NCBI RefSeq assembly: GCF_006345805.1
Contig: NC_043012.1
Location: forward strand, 48,360,001 to 48,424,000
Direction of reading: 5' to 3'
Length of the DNA stretch: 64,000 nucleotides
DNA from: Octopus sinensis
Taxonomy: Eukaryota
The notes beneath the pieces are model-generated. The model was not told the DNA's origin. It made no database searches and worked only from the letters and a program-made list of their open reading frames with translations. Positions 14,761 through 28,437 of the stretch are shown in pieces. The position numbers and the translations under genes are program-made. How positions within the stretch are numbered: position 1 is the first letter of the stretch; each line of letters begins with the position of its first letter.

Positions 14761-17700
14761 GCAACACATACTTGTATGTTGTATATAATTACGCTTATTT
14801 CCGTCTATCCTTCACTAAACACTCTATTACATCGGAACATCTGGATTTGTGATAACGTACATCACTCTAAGAATGATATTTAGTCTATATTTTAAGCTCT
14901 ACCAACCACACTTTATTTACACTGAATATGATGACATTTCATACATCTACTGCTATTTTAAGCCTAGCTAGCTACTTAAGACTAACATACTGCTTGTGTT
15001 TGAGTATAAAATATGTGTGCGTTTATGTGTAAATATGTATATGTATTTGTATAAATAAGTATGTCGCTATGTGCGTATAAGTCTATGTGCGTGAGTTTTA
15101 CTAATTTTCTTTATTGACTTTCCTCTGAATGTTAATTAAATAAATAAAAAAGCAGATTTTTTTTAACGGAATGATGGCGAATAGCCAAGTGTGTACATTG
15201 TCAGACTACTATCTAGTGGGTGTTAGGTTCTTATCTACTGCCAGCAGTTAGTTTTATTTTGCCATGGAGTAAGAAAAGTAAGCATTGCCTCTGTAAAATT
15301 GTCGTAAAATTGAACCGGAAGTCAGTGGTAAAAGTGGAGGGATTTATATCTCGACAAAGCATTAATATAAATGATATTATAGAGCATACTGTTGATATTT
15401 CATATTTAATGTTGGTTTGGTGTTGAATGACTCAGAACAGAGTTTACGATAACAATTCTATTTCTGGTTAATGTAGTCAAAATTCTTGTTAATGAAGAGG
15501 AGGGAAACGTCTATGACCTTTTTTCGGGTCTTCCGATATTAATTGTAGGAGTTGAGGAAATTACCCACAGACTGACTGAGCTTTACAATAGAGTTGTAAG
15601 AATTAACACTTCCTCCTCTAAGCCTAGATTCGAAACCGAATCCAAGAATTCTCGGTCGTCCAAACCACGACGATCAACAGGCGCGAAAAAAGGTTTCTTT
15701 GTTCTGTCAAAAATTGATTGATCATCTCCCTTTGACCTGCGACCTCAGCCATGTCGGGCGAAGTTCAACTGGACAGGCGTTGACCTATTTAGGTACTAAC
15801 TCTGCTGCAGTATGTCTGTTTTTCTAGCTGCCACAAATATTGTAAAACCAAGTGAAACAGGAGAGGCAGCAGACAATCGCAGCAGAGACGGGAGCAGACA
15901 GATAAGATAGATTTATCTACGACCCAAGGTTTTTGGCAGACGACAGATACAGAGAGAAATGCTCGAAGTGCCGACCGGCTATATTTCGAATGGAACACGC
16001 ACACACACAAACATATTCATTCCTAATATGTACTCTGTTCAAGCAACTCGTAGCAGTTGCCTGCATTTTGTATGTAGTGACCAATCACTAAACCAACACT
16101 ATAAATAAATGCTTTTCATTCATAAATCGGTTTACGTATTTGTTTACATACACACTTAACCACTACAGAGTAGACACCGCTAAGGCCAGATGGTGATATG
16201 AAAACGAACAATACATTAAGTGCACGAAACAAGACAACAGAGGTCTCAATCTTTATTGACGTCCTGGTGTACTGAAGAGCGAGCAGAAAGTTGCAGGGGC
16301 TCATTACGTGGCTTCTTCTCTCAAGTAATCCATTTTAATTTCTCGTTGGAATTGGAATTTCTAGAGGCAATGATAGTCTCTCGACCCAATGATCCATTGT
16401 TGCTCCCAGAATACATTAATCAAGCCTTAGCACATGAGCTAAAAGTGTATTTATTGTTCAAAATTAGCTGACATTGTTGGTGATGGTGTTTTGCTTCAGG
16501 CAGACTTTAAGTTGGTAAACTTATAATCAAAAGAGTCCCGGTCGTTCGTTACCATAAAATTTTTTTTTTTTAGTATTTAGTGTTACATATTTTTAGGAGT
16601 AGGGAATGCGGATACCTTATAAATACATCACAGAATGAAAACTGTGCATTGCATAGTTACAGACTGCCTTTTGGCAAGACATAGCAGCCGTTCATCCACC
16701 CTGTCAGGGATACAGTGAAGTCATGGGACTGCAGCGTGGCAGATGGTGAAATGGTAGTGGCAGAGTCAATGGTGCTTCTTACATTGATGCTGAGCGGATG
16801 AATCCTAGAAGATCAAGAGTCGGGATCAGGAAACTCTATCAAGAAAGTAACTGCAACCCATCGATAATCAGCTAATGATAGATTCGCTATGACTCAAGCT
16901 CCTAATACAAATTCATAATAATGGAATTGGATGGCGACAGAGATTCATGGAAATCCACAAAAGCAGGGGAAAAAATTCATAACTGAATAGTTAAAAGCTT
17001 AGCAAACGGGGGTCCCAGGGTTTGATCTTATCGTGTTGCATTATGGGTGATTGCCTTTCGATTGGGCCTTGTAGGTGAAAATGTCTAGACACATAGTGCA
17101 TGTGGAAGCTGAAAACCCATCTGAAGGATTGTACTGATAATTCAAATGCTAAGTGTTGTGAAACACTGTTTTGTTGATTCTCCTGCAGAAATACGTTAAG
17201 AGTACATTTGCTTGAGCAATACGCAGTCAGTTTACACACTGACTCAATAAGTAAGTTTTCACGATGACTAACCAATGGAAACTATCACAGTCTACACCTA
17301 TAATGAGATCTATTTTATAAAATTTCCGAGCGATCACATCGAGTCGTGTTTTTTGTTCAGTCTCAGTTTTCTTTCAAAGAAGAATCGGTGCAGTGACGGA
17401 CATTCTACGTTGTTTTATTTATTAGATTAAGTTTGTTTACAACTTATCCCTTTCATCTGTCGACTTCGTCTACCTAATATGTCTTGTGTCGGCTACCGGC
17501 ACTACACCTTTCACCAGACCAAACCAATAAAATATAATTTCCATTTATAAATATTCCCGAGTTTGCTAGTGAATATACAAGGAAATTACTAGAATTTATA
17601 TAATTAACCGTATCTTTGAAGGCGGTGCTCCAGCATGGTCGCACGCTATTGAGTAAAGTGAGTACAAAATATATGTATGTGCGTGTGTATGCGTGTATCG

Positions 17701-17869
17701 AACTTATAATAACAACTCCTGCTACCCACTATGGCTCCATATATCCAGGCATTTTGTTTGATGTAATGTTTGGATACTTTGTTCATCTTGAGAGCCGGGA
17801 TTGCTTTCCTTTTCATAAAGAAGTAAACAAACACCTTTACGTACTTACAGAAATAAGCTCGCACACATG

Positions 17870-18074
17870 TGAATGTTTGTATGCATGTATATATGTATGT
17901 ATATATGTATGTATGTATACACATATATATATGAACTTATATATATGTGCATGTGTACGTATTAAAAAAGAAGTAAAAACAGAATAGCTGTGCACGCGTG
18001 AATATATATGTATATATATGTATAGATATATGTGTGTGTGTTTGTGCATGAATCTATATGTATATGCATGTATG

Positions 18075-18119
<45 letters not shown>

Positions 18120-18229
18120 CACATATATGCGCACAAACCGCACAGATACACAGATATAACATATACGTATGCATATATGTTTGTGTGTATATATATGTAT
18201 ATACATATTTGTGTGTTTGTGCGCAATTG

Positions 18230-18276
<47 letters not shown>

Positions 18277-19235
18277 CATATACATACACGCACACACACA
18301 TACACATACACACACACACACAAACATACACACGCATATATATATATCAAAAGTAGTGAAAAACAGTAGAATATGTGTCCGACAATAGCTTTTGACAGAC
18401 AACGTATGGTGCCAGCTCTAGAAACACAGCCATAATTTTCTAATGATTCCTGCTTTGAAAAAATCCAAGACACGTTTAAAGTTGCGCCAAGAACATATTA
18501 GTAATCGTGCGTGATGTTTTTCGCAAAACACCCAGAAATTGGAACTCCTCTTATTCTATTCTCTATGTATATGTTTTGTTTTATTTTCATTTTTTTCCCC
18601 GTATATTTTTGTTTTGATTTTCTTTTGTTTTGGAGATGGTATTGTCTAAAGAAACGGCATGACCCAGAAATCTATAATAAACCAAGGGAAAGCTACGTGC
18701 GTGCGTATTTTAGCATACATGCACATATATATAAGTATATATATATATATATATGAAGGGAGAGAGAGAGAGTTGAGATGCAGATATTATTTGTAATGAT
18801 ATAAATCTTAAATGAAAAGGCTACATTCAACTCTACCAAAGAATGGTAATAAGATTTCTGACAGTTATTAATGGGAATTGAACAGTTTCCAATATGGATA
18901 GATGTTATGTTTATGCTTGGCATGAATGATTTCATTCTTATATACATCCTCACAGTCATATATGCGTGTGCGCACGCGCGCGCGCGTGTGTGTGCGTGTC
19001 TCTCTATATATATGGAGAGAGATATATATGTGTGTGTTTGGGTGTGTGTAAATATCTATGTATATATTATACGCCGACATATACATATACAACACATATA
19101 TACATACAAACACACATATATACATATACGCATATAAGTACACGTATACTGATTTTTATATATTTATGTTTGATAGAATACGATTACTCCTATCATTTTT
19201 GCTAAAAATCTTTATGTGAATGCATACATACACAT

Positions 19236-19293
<58 letters not shown>

Positions 19294-19343
19294 TATATAA
19301 TATATATATATATATAAGCATATATATATACATATATACATAC

Positions 19344-19379
<36 letters not shown>

Positions 19380-19580
19380 ATGTATATATATATATATATA
19401 CATACACACACACACACATATATATATGCATGCGTATGTGTATGTGTACATACATGTATATATAAATGTATATTTATATATGTATGTATATACATACATA
19501 TATATATATATATGTGTGTTTGTGTGTGTGTGAGTGTGTATGTATGTACGTATGTATATATACTTGTATGCATACGTGTA
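17870..19580. repeat. Blocks of (TA)n/(CA)n/(TG)n low-complexity DNA with short unique spacers
   Basis: Direct inspection. Confidence 0.85.
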
Positions 19581-19842
19581 GGTGCGCTCATTATGTATAC
19601 AAGGAACAACGATATTTCTTCCCTTTCCACTTGCGTTAAAATTCTTTAATAACTGTAAACGATACCAATTCTTTCCACACGCCATTTGCTCTGGAATCTG
19701 TACTTTATGCTTCTCACGGTGTAAAGACAACATTCAGTTTTAAGAAATACGTTTCTAAATGAGAAAGGAGATAATTTCAGAGAGTTAATTGGCTAATAAA
19801 CACTTTGCTCTAAATTTTATCGAGCGATTATTATTATTATTA

Positions 19843-19929
<87 letters not shown>

Positions 19930-20164
19930 GCTGTTGTTGTTGTTGTTGGTGGTGGAGGTGGTGTTGTTGTTGTTGTTGTTATCATTAGCTTTGTATGTTT
20001 AGAGAATGATTATTTTCGGAAAATGTAAGCATAGAATTCAATCTTAAGTTCCATTTTGTTTTTCGGCCGGCAGTTTGTGTCGGATTCGTAAAGGCGTCAC
20101 TTTGATATGTGACGTGTCTCAATCATTGCAATACTAACATAACCCATCCTTCTTCAGAGGGAGA

Positions 20165-20431
20165 AGGAAGAAGAGGGGAGGGAGATGAAGACGAAGAAGA
20201 AGAAGAAGAAGAAGAATTGGAAGAAGAAGAAGAAGAAGAAGAAGAAGAAGAATTGGAAGAAGAAGAAGAAGAAGAAAAGAAGAAGAAGAAAAGAAGAAGA
20301 AGAAGAAGAAGAAGAAGAAGAAGAAAAGAAGAAGAAGAAAAGAAGAAGAAGAAGAAGAAGAAGAAAAGAAGAAGAAGAAGAAGAAGAAGAAAAGAAGAAG
20401 AAGAGGAAGAAGAAGAAGAGGAAGAAGATAA

Positions 20432-20466
<35 letters not shown>

Positions 20467-20506
20467 AGAAGAAGAAGAAGAAGAAGAAGAAGAAGAAGAA
20501 GAAGAA
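20165..20506. repeat. ~340-bp (GAA)n polypurine tract
   Basis: Direct inspection; source of the poly-E/K/R ORFs. Confidence 0.95.
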
Positions 20507-21092
20507 TCAGCCCCAATATTGATACGTTATTAACCACAAAACGTTGAAACGCAAAGCTAACCTCGGCTCGGTTTTCAACTCAGAGCGTAGATGATCAGAA
20601 CGAATACTGTAAGGCATTCTGTCAAATGGTTCATTGATTCTTACATTTTGCCACTAAACTTTGCTTGGCTGATTTTATAACTACAAAAAGTAACTCTAAA
20701 TCAATTGTCACTTTCTTTAGGATTAGGTCACCTGTGACAAATAGGCATATGACGAAAAATACTAAAATTATAATCATTTTCTTTATTGTTGTGACATGTT
20801 CTATAAAAACAACTGTATCATCAAATGTCTCCTTTTAAGAAAGACTGTAGAGTCTGATTCGAGTTGCGAGATGTAGCAATTATTTCTCGCAAATCCAGCG
20901 ACGACATAAAGGCGCTCTGAGCTTGTGTTGTAGCAATATCACTTAATCTACAGAGAAAACATCAGTTTGATTTCCAATAGGTATTCGCCATTTAACGGTT
21001 ATCAAAGACACTTACTGCCATTACTCTGGGGCGAAGCTCTTTTCACAATCATCGGACCGCAAAGTGTGCCTTATTAACGCACCTTTGCGAGT

Positions 21093-21230
21093 GCCTTTCA
21101 TCCTTTCGGGGTCGATAAAATAAGTGCTAGTTATGCACTGGGGTCAATATAATTGACTTAATCCGTTTGTATGTCCTTGTTTGTCCTCTCTGTGTTTAGC
21201 CTCTTGTAGGCAATAAAGAAATAGGTTGTG
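21093..21230 (+). mobile_element. 3' half of SINE family A
   Basis: GCCTTTCATCCTTTCGGGGTCGATAAAATAAG...GGCAATAAAGAAATAGG. Confidence 0.85.
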
Positions 21231-22236
21231 ATATATAAATAGTTATGAGTAGGAACCGGAAAGAGAAGTATGAACACGCAATGCGCATTTGCAGACAATT
21301 TATAAAACGGAAGAGTATATAAATGCAATGCGCATGTCAAAATAAAACGTAAGCGGGGAATAAAACAAGTTATATGATTGTCTGCGTGTCACATCTGACA
21401 CCACTATAACGCAGATTTGCTGTAGTTTTCTTTTTTGATAATAATATCTGATTGATAACAGGAAAAATACTTTGAATAGTCTGCTGTTATTGTTACCTGT
21501 GATTATTGTTTCATGGCAGAACTTTCCTTGTTCAAATCCAATTTGCCTAAATTAATTGTTATTGTTTAGTTCAATGCAAGGTGTAATCGAAATGACCAAC
21601 AATTAGGAGCATTTCAGTCGAGACAATATAGACTTTTTTTCAGATATTGTATATCTAGGGCAGCACTAGCTAATGTGTGCTTCCCTTTTTGAAGTAGTCT
21701 CATGTAATTTAATGTGAGTTTGGTTGCTATTTTTATAGTAGTTAGCAAAACTGCAGAGAGATTCATTCATTAGTTTTAGTAGCGTCGTATTAGCTAGGAT
21801 ATCAAACGAACAAAGTCGCGGTCTTGTTGTTGCTGCAGTGGCTGCTACTGTTGTTATGTTGCTGCAGCTGTTTTGTTGTTATATAACTCCAGGTGAGACT
21901 CGTTTGAACTCTCATGTATTCGAAGGTATTCCATCGGTGCACAGTGGGTCTTGTTATGCAAGATTATATTGTGTCCTTTCTTTCAAATCTTTGAGTATGA
22001 TTTGAAGCATTGATGCTGCCTTTTCTAGCAGTTCAAGTGACAGTGAAGTGACTCCCTCATTAATTTACAAACCGATACTTTGAAATTATAGATTTTTGAA
22101 GCAGATAATCGAAATTTAGAAACATATCAGAATGAATTAGTTTTGTTATGAAGTTGTAGCAAAGGAATCTTCCTACGTAAGAAAGGCGCAGAAACCTTGA
22201 CTCCAAGCATTCTAATACTAGCTCTTGATTTATACA

Positions 22237-22287
<51 letters not shown>

Positions 22288-22319
22288 ATATATATATAAA
22301 TATATAACAAATTAATAAA

Positions 22320-22555
22320 TAAAACATATGCATACATACATATATGTACATACCTACATCTATATGTATATATACATATAGTACAGGACACCAAAAAAAC
22401 GTAGAATACAACGAGACACGAAAGCATAAAAACAAAACCATGGAAACGGACTTTTTCAAACAAGGTAAAAACAGAGTACAAGACATACAACATAAGGAAT
22501 ATTCCCCTTCTTCAGCTGCTCCTGCTTCGACTACTACGTGTTTCGAAGGTAAGGG
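22320..22555 (-). mobile_element. Dispersed repeat with a second copy at 56040-56275 (+); carries a CTGAnGA motif and ends in a TATG/TA tract
   Basis: Both copies share GCAGCTGA(A/T)GAAGGGGA..TTCCTT..TGTACTCTGTTTTT..GGTGTCCTGTACT..AGATGTAGGTA.GTACATATATGTATGTATG. Confidence 0.75.
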
Positions 22556-24733
22556 CAAGACACGACTTCATTGAAACAGTCCTTCCCACAAAGCAACTTA
22601 AATAAAATTTGGGATTTTTTGCGGGGGGGGGGGTAAAAGCGGTGACAAGAACAGGACAGTAAAAACAAAACAAGACAGTAAAAGCAATATAAATTAAAAC
22701 AGTAAAGGACAGGACAAGGAGAATAACACAACATGCTTGTATTTATGTATGTGCAGGGGATGATGGCGACCTCTGTTGTGCTCTTTCGCCACGACCTTCT
22801 CTCACTCTCTCTTCCTGTTTCTTGAGTAACGCTGCGATGGACTGACGTCCCGTCCAGCTGGGGGGAACACATACGCCACAGAAACCGGTCAAACCGGACC
22901 CATGAGCCTGGCTAGGCTTGAAAATGGCGAAAAGATGTATGTATGTATGCATGTGTGTATATATGTGTGTGTATGTACATGTATATATAAATATGTAACT
23001 ATGTATCTAACTGTATATCCGTGTTTGTGTGTGTGTGTGTGTGTGTATGTGTGTGTGTGTGTGTGTGCCTGTGTGTGTGTGTCTGTGTGTGTCTGTGTGT
23101 GGCTGTGTGTTTCTGTTTCTATCTCTGATATCATTCGATGAGAGATCATTGCCTTTTCAATTCAGTATCTTACATACAATATCACACAGACACACACACG
23201 CACTCATGCACAACATACACACACACACACACTACGATGAATCAATAATGATGATGACGACGATGATTATGATATGCATGCATGTGTGTGTGCGTGTGCC
23301 TATGTATGTGTGTATCAGGTCGCTTGTGTCCTATAAGTGCTACTAGTAACACGTAATCCAGTACAGCCTACTGCATGGTCGGGTCGACGGCGACTGAACC
23401 GACACTCCTCTTAGTCTGGCGTGGAGGCTCGCTAGACATCCAGCAACTCTAGAATAGACTTTTCAAAACGTTACATGAATCTAGTGTAGGTTCAACGTCT
23501 ATCTAACATAGCACAGGTCGTCAGAAATATCGGGTTGGTGTACGGCATGCTGAATGACTACTGAGTTTCAGGTACCCCTTAACTTGTCTCTAGAACCATC
23601 TTGAAACCCATGCTACGTCTACTCCGATAATCGGCGGTGTCTTGGTCAGGAATTTCTCTCCAATGGTTTACAATCGACGGCAAGATGAGCTGCTACACAT
23701 CTCCCTATCCAAAAGCGTGCATGCATGCGACCGGGAACCATATGTGAATATATTTATTCCCACTAAATCTCCGAAAATGAACTTTGTTCGAAACCGGCTC
23801 AACACATCCCAGATGAATACCACCGAATATACAAGTAAATTCAAGTAGTATGTGAGTGTCTGTTTATCAGCAAATCTGAGCCACTGTATATTTGCGTGTG
23901 CTTTCATCATAAAATGTGGAGATAGAAAGAAATATATATAGTTATACAAGGAAGCAACATACGCATTGAAACCAATGTTTGTAAGGCCACTGGTATGCAA
24001 AATCAAATATTAGATTCCAGCTAATAGCGTTGGTCACTTCTAAAAACCTCCAGCTAAAATTCCAATTAGATAATTTGGTGAGAAATATTAGGAAAATACA
24101 GTTGCAAAATTACAGATGTGACGAGAAAAATTATGCGATAAAAAATGAGTTTATGAAGAAAATCGAGAACTACGTGCAAGAGGGAACAATAAACGATATG
24201 ACGAATGTCAGATAAATGTCATCAAGATACTAGACTAAATGTGAGATAGACAAATAGACAGGATTCATAACAGAAGCTGATAGAATAGATAAAGAGCATG
24301 GAGAAGACATATAATAAAGGATTGTTGATCGGAAGTGATTGAAACAAGCTAAGTATGTACGTATGTATGTATGTATGTATGTATGTATGTGTGTATGTAT
24401 GTATGTATGTATGTATGTATGTATGCATGTATGTATGTATGTATGCATGTATGTATGTATTATGTGTGTGTGTGTATGTATGTATGTGCGTGTATATGTG
24501 TGTATGTATAGTGAGTGTAAACAAATATTTCTGCTTGAGTTAGGTAAGTGATAGTAAGAGGAGTCAAGGAGAGGTCGTCTGAGATTTCAGTCAGGTACAC
24601 AAGAATATTTCTTTCTCTTATGCTCTTTCTATCCTTATCTCTCAATATATACACATGTGTGCATATGTACATATATGCATCCATAGATGATGTGGGTGCG
24701 CTCACACACACACACACACACACAAACATGCAA

Positions 24734-24775
<42 letters not shown>

Positions 24776-24895
24776 ATATATGTGTGTGTAAGAGTGCATG
24801 CTTGGATATAAGTATTTATTGACATATATGTGGATATAGATACATATATACATATGCATTCTTACATGCGCGTGTATGTAAATATTAATAAACAC

Positions 24896-24932
<37 letters not shown>

Positions 24933-24984
24933 AACACCCACACCACACACAACATATATATATTTATATATATATATATATATA

Positions 24985-25121
24985 TATAAGCGAGAAAGAA
25001 GCAACAAGAATGGATAGGTTTTTAGTACAATCGTTTCATACAAGGACAGGCTTTATTAAAAGTTGTATGAAACGATTGTACTAAAAACCTATCCATTCTT
25101 GTTGCTTCTTTCTCGCTTATA
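24985..25121. repeat. Perfect 59-bp inverted repeat with a 19-nt loop, containing the 3' half of a hammerhead on both strands
   Basis: 24985-25043 is the exact reverse complement of 25063-25121. The right arm reads TTGTAT-GAA-ACGATTGT-A-CTAAAAACC. Confidence 0.95.
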
Positions 25122-25245
25122 ATCACCCCACATTACTGTATTGTTAAAACCGTATAGTTTGTTTTGGTGCATCTAAGTTAGGTACCATATTCAAGTAAAT
25201 TCATTTAAATTAACTTGAATCTTTATTGCTTTTTGAATATATATA

Positions 25246-25284
<39 letters not shown>

Positions 25285-25424
25285 ATGCGTGTGAAGATAT
25301 ATATGTATTCTTACATGCGTGTGTATATAAATAAAATATATATATATACAAATATATATGCGTATGCATGTGAACATATATATAAACATGTTTGTGTGTG
25401 TGTATACATGCTTCTCATGTGTCC

Positions 25425-25461
25425 TGTTTGTGAAGAAGAGCTCTGCTCGAAACGTAAAACA
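25425..25461 (+). ncRNA. Minimal type I hammerhead motif, GAGC/GCTC family (C3G mutation)
   Basis: TGTTT-GTGAAGA-A-GAGC-tct-GCTC-GAA-ACGT-A|AAACA; 5-bp helix I and 4-bp helix II. Confidence 0.65.
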
Positions 25462-25557
25462 ATCACTCTTTCTTTCCTTCTCTGAGCGTCTTATTAATAC
25501 TATGCATGTACTACGCCCTCGCGTTGTAGTTTTTCTTGTCTCTTTTCTCCGTTTTCT

Positions 25558-25598
<41 letters not shown>

Positions 25599-25930
25599 TA
25601 TACATATATATAATTGTGTATAGCAACACACACACATATATAATAGATACATGCATACTAATTTATATATAAATGTAAATATATACACACATACACACAT
25701 ACGAATATATATAAATATATATAAATAGAAGGGGGTATCCATATATAAATGAACATCCACACATTTACACACACATTCGCACTCCCCACACATACATATA
25801 TACATACATACACACACATATATTACACACGTACAAACATGCATAAATACATGCATACATACATACATACATGCATGCATACATACATACATACATACAT
25901 ACTACATACATACATACATACATACATACA

Positions 25931-25965
<35 letters not shown>

Positions 25966-26573
25966 CGGTGAACAAATGAATGAATGACGTTTCCAACGTG
26001 TTTGTCGAAGAACAGGAATAGCAGAAATGGTACGTGACCTGACTGGTTCTTTGGATGCAATGTCATTTGCAGCCGACATATTTCCAGAGAGCACTAAAGT
26101 GTGCTGTAGAATGTATAAGAGGACTGGACGTGTGAGGTTGGGGTGGGGGAACATACGATGAGCTATATTTATGCGTGTGAGTATGTGTGTGTGTGTGTCT
26201 ATGTGTGTGTTTGTGTGTGTCTTTGCATGTGTGTAGGAGGTGCAGGCAAAAGGAAGTGGTGGAAGTGGTTGTTAGAATGAAGTAGAAGAGATTAGTGAAA
26301 GATAAATGGTGCGTTTTGATGTAGAAATGTTCACACATGTGGATTAACCAAGAAAAGAGTTCAGAGGCTTTTAAGTGGAAGCGACAACTCGAGAATAGCG
26401 CAAGTATCGCCACAAACTCGCATACAGATACAAACACATATGCTCACACACACCACACATGCATACACACATACACAGAGACATATGTGTTTGTATGTGT
26501 GTGTTTGTGTATATATATATATATATAATAAATCTCAGAGCGAGGTATAAACAGTAGCTGCAACACATCCTGA

Positions 26574-26857
26574 AGTATATTTGCCATTTAAATATAGCTA
26601 ACTCCTAAGGGTGGATGCTACTGTAGCTTGTAGCCCCAGGAGTACACCTCCTCCATCTGGCTATTGACACACTTTCTGTGCCCTATCAGTATTTGCAAAG
26701 GGAAGCCATCCTTCCCGTCTTCAACCTATGATACACACGGACTCGAGTATCTGGGTATTGACCCGTCATCAGCGTGTGAGGCCTTCCTTTGTAAATATAT
26801 ATCCTTTTTCCAGCATCCACCCTTAGGGGTTAGCCATAATTAAATGGCAAATATACT
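26574..26857. mobile_element. 284-bp MITE with ~46-bp terminal inverted repeats
   Basis: Left end AGTATATTTGCCATTTAAATATAGCTAACTCCTAAGGGTGGATGCT matches the reverse complement of the right end with 3 mismatches; the interior is non-coding. Confidence 0.85.
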
Positions 26858-27850
26858 ATATATATATCGTGCATACATGTGTATATCGACGTATTAGTGT
26901 ACAAAACGTCTATACATGGTGAAAATATGTAAGAGTACACTATAGATTTTTACTAAAATTGAGTAGCATCTATTGAGTACAAATGCATAAATGTACAACC
27001 TCACGCACTCACGCATATGCAAACGCACATACACACGCATACACATATATACATACACATACACACACATATACACGTGCACACAATATATGCATACACG
27101 CACACACATACATATGCACACGCACACACACATATACACATACACGCACACACATGCGTACATATACTCACGCGCACACACGCACAGGAATGCACACATA
27201 CCTAACACACACAACCCCACGCACATACACTCACACGGACACACGAGCGCACACATATATACACACGCACGCGCATATGAACTCACACGTACCTCCAACA
27301 CGCACAGCACACTCATACATACACGCACACACATACGCACATACATGCACGCACACGCACGTGCACACACACAGAGGAACGCACATATACTCTGCAGACA
27401 CAACCCTACTCACATAGATATACACACACGTACATACTCATACATACAGGCACACACACGTACATACACACGGACACACATACTCCAAACTTCCAGTCAA
27501 ACGCCTTTTAACTGACCATTCCCCGAAGAAACACACTACACGAAAGACAGCCACTTCTACTACTAAATTATTCCTACAACAGTAAACGACACTAAGTTCA
27601 CTCACGCGTACACATATAAATAGCCAAAACCACATATACACACGTACACATACATACGCACACACATGTGCTATTGCACAGACCTACGCGCACGCACATG
27701 CCCACACATACACATACCTTCTCTTTCACTCTCCTGACTTAGAAAGAACTTTTTCTTCACCCATTCTCTTCCGGTTATTTCAAAATGTAACCACACGTGA
27801 ATCGTTGGCGATTTTCTTCCTCGTCTTCCTTTCTATTGGAATTTTCTTCT

Positions 27851-27886
27851 GTTTCCGAAGAAGAGCATCTGCTCGAAACGTTAAAC
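27851..27886 (+). ncRNA. Minimal type I hammerhead motif, GAGC/GCTC family (U4C, extra A)
   Basis: GTTT-CCGAAGA-A-GAGC-atct-GCTC-GAA-ACGT-T|AAAC; all three helices can form. Confidence 0.7.
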
Positions 27887-27961
27887 CATCTTTCTATCCT
27901 TTCTTGAGCTTCTGCATGTACCATGCCCTTGCGGGGTTGTTTCTTTTGTGTGCTTTTTTCT

Positions 27962-28252
27962 TTTACAAACACTTACTTGCGCTCTGTTTCTCTCCATCAG
28001 GAAAAATTCGATTATGGTCACACATGGAGAGGAATGAGTTCCTCTATGTCTAAACAACGGTGTCTCTATGACTTAAATAAGGAATTAAGGGACCATGACC
28101 TGTATACATATTTATACATATTTAATTCCTTAATGAGTCATCGAATCACTGTTGTTTAGACATAGATGAATCCATCCCTCTCCATGTGTGACCATAGCTG
28201 AAATTTTCCTGAAGGAGAGAAAGAAACAGAGCACAAGTAAGTGTTTGTGAAA
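27962..28252. repeat. ~290-bp imperfect fold-back (arms about 125 bp, spacer about 33 bp)
   Basis: 27962-28088 matches the reverse complement of 28122-28252, e.g. ACAAACACTTACTTG, TATGGTCACACATGGAGAG, CTATGTCTAAACAAC, TAAGGAATTAA. Confidence 0.9.
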
Positions 28253-28390
28253 GAGAAAATTCGATTGGAACGCACGATTGATAAGCAATTTACGGGTCTC
28301 TAAATGATGGAGTGTAAAGTTGACTTCAACAGAATTTGAATTCTGAATGGTGAGAGTTGGTGCCATTACTGCAAAGCAATCTATCTGACG

Positions 28391-28437
<47 letters not shown>

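Noticed and set aside
15430-15720. ~96-codon stop-free plus-strand frame without a start codon
   Set aside because: No recognisable motif or convincing splice sites; the length is within chance.
20109-20547. Acidic/basic E-K-R-rich ORFs
   Set aside because: They are (GAA)n tract translations.
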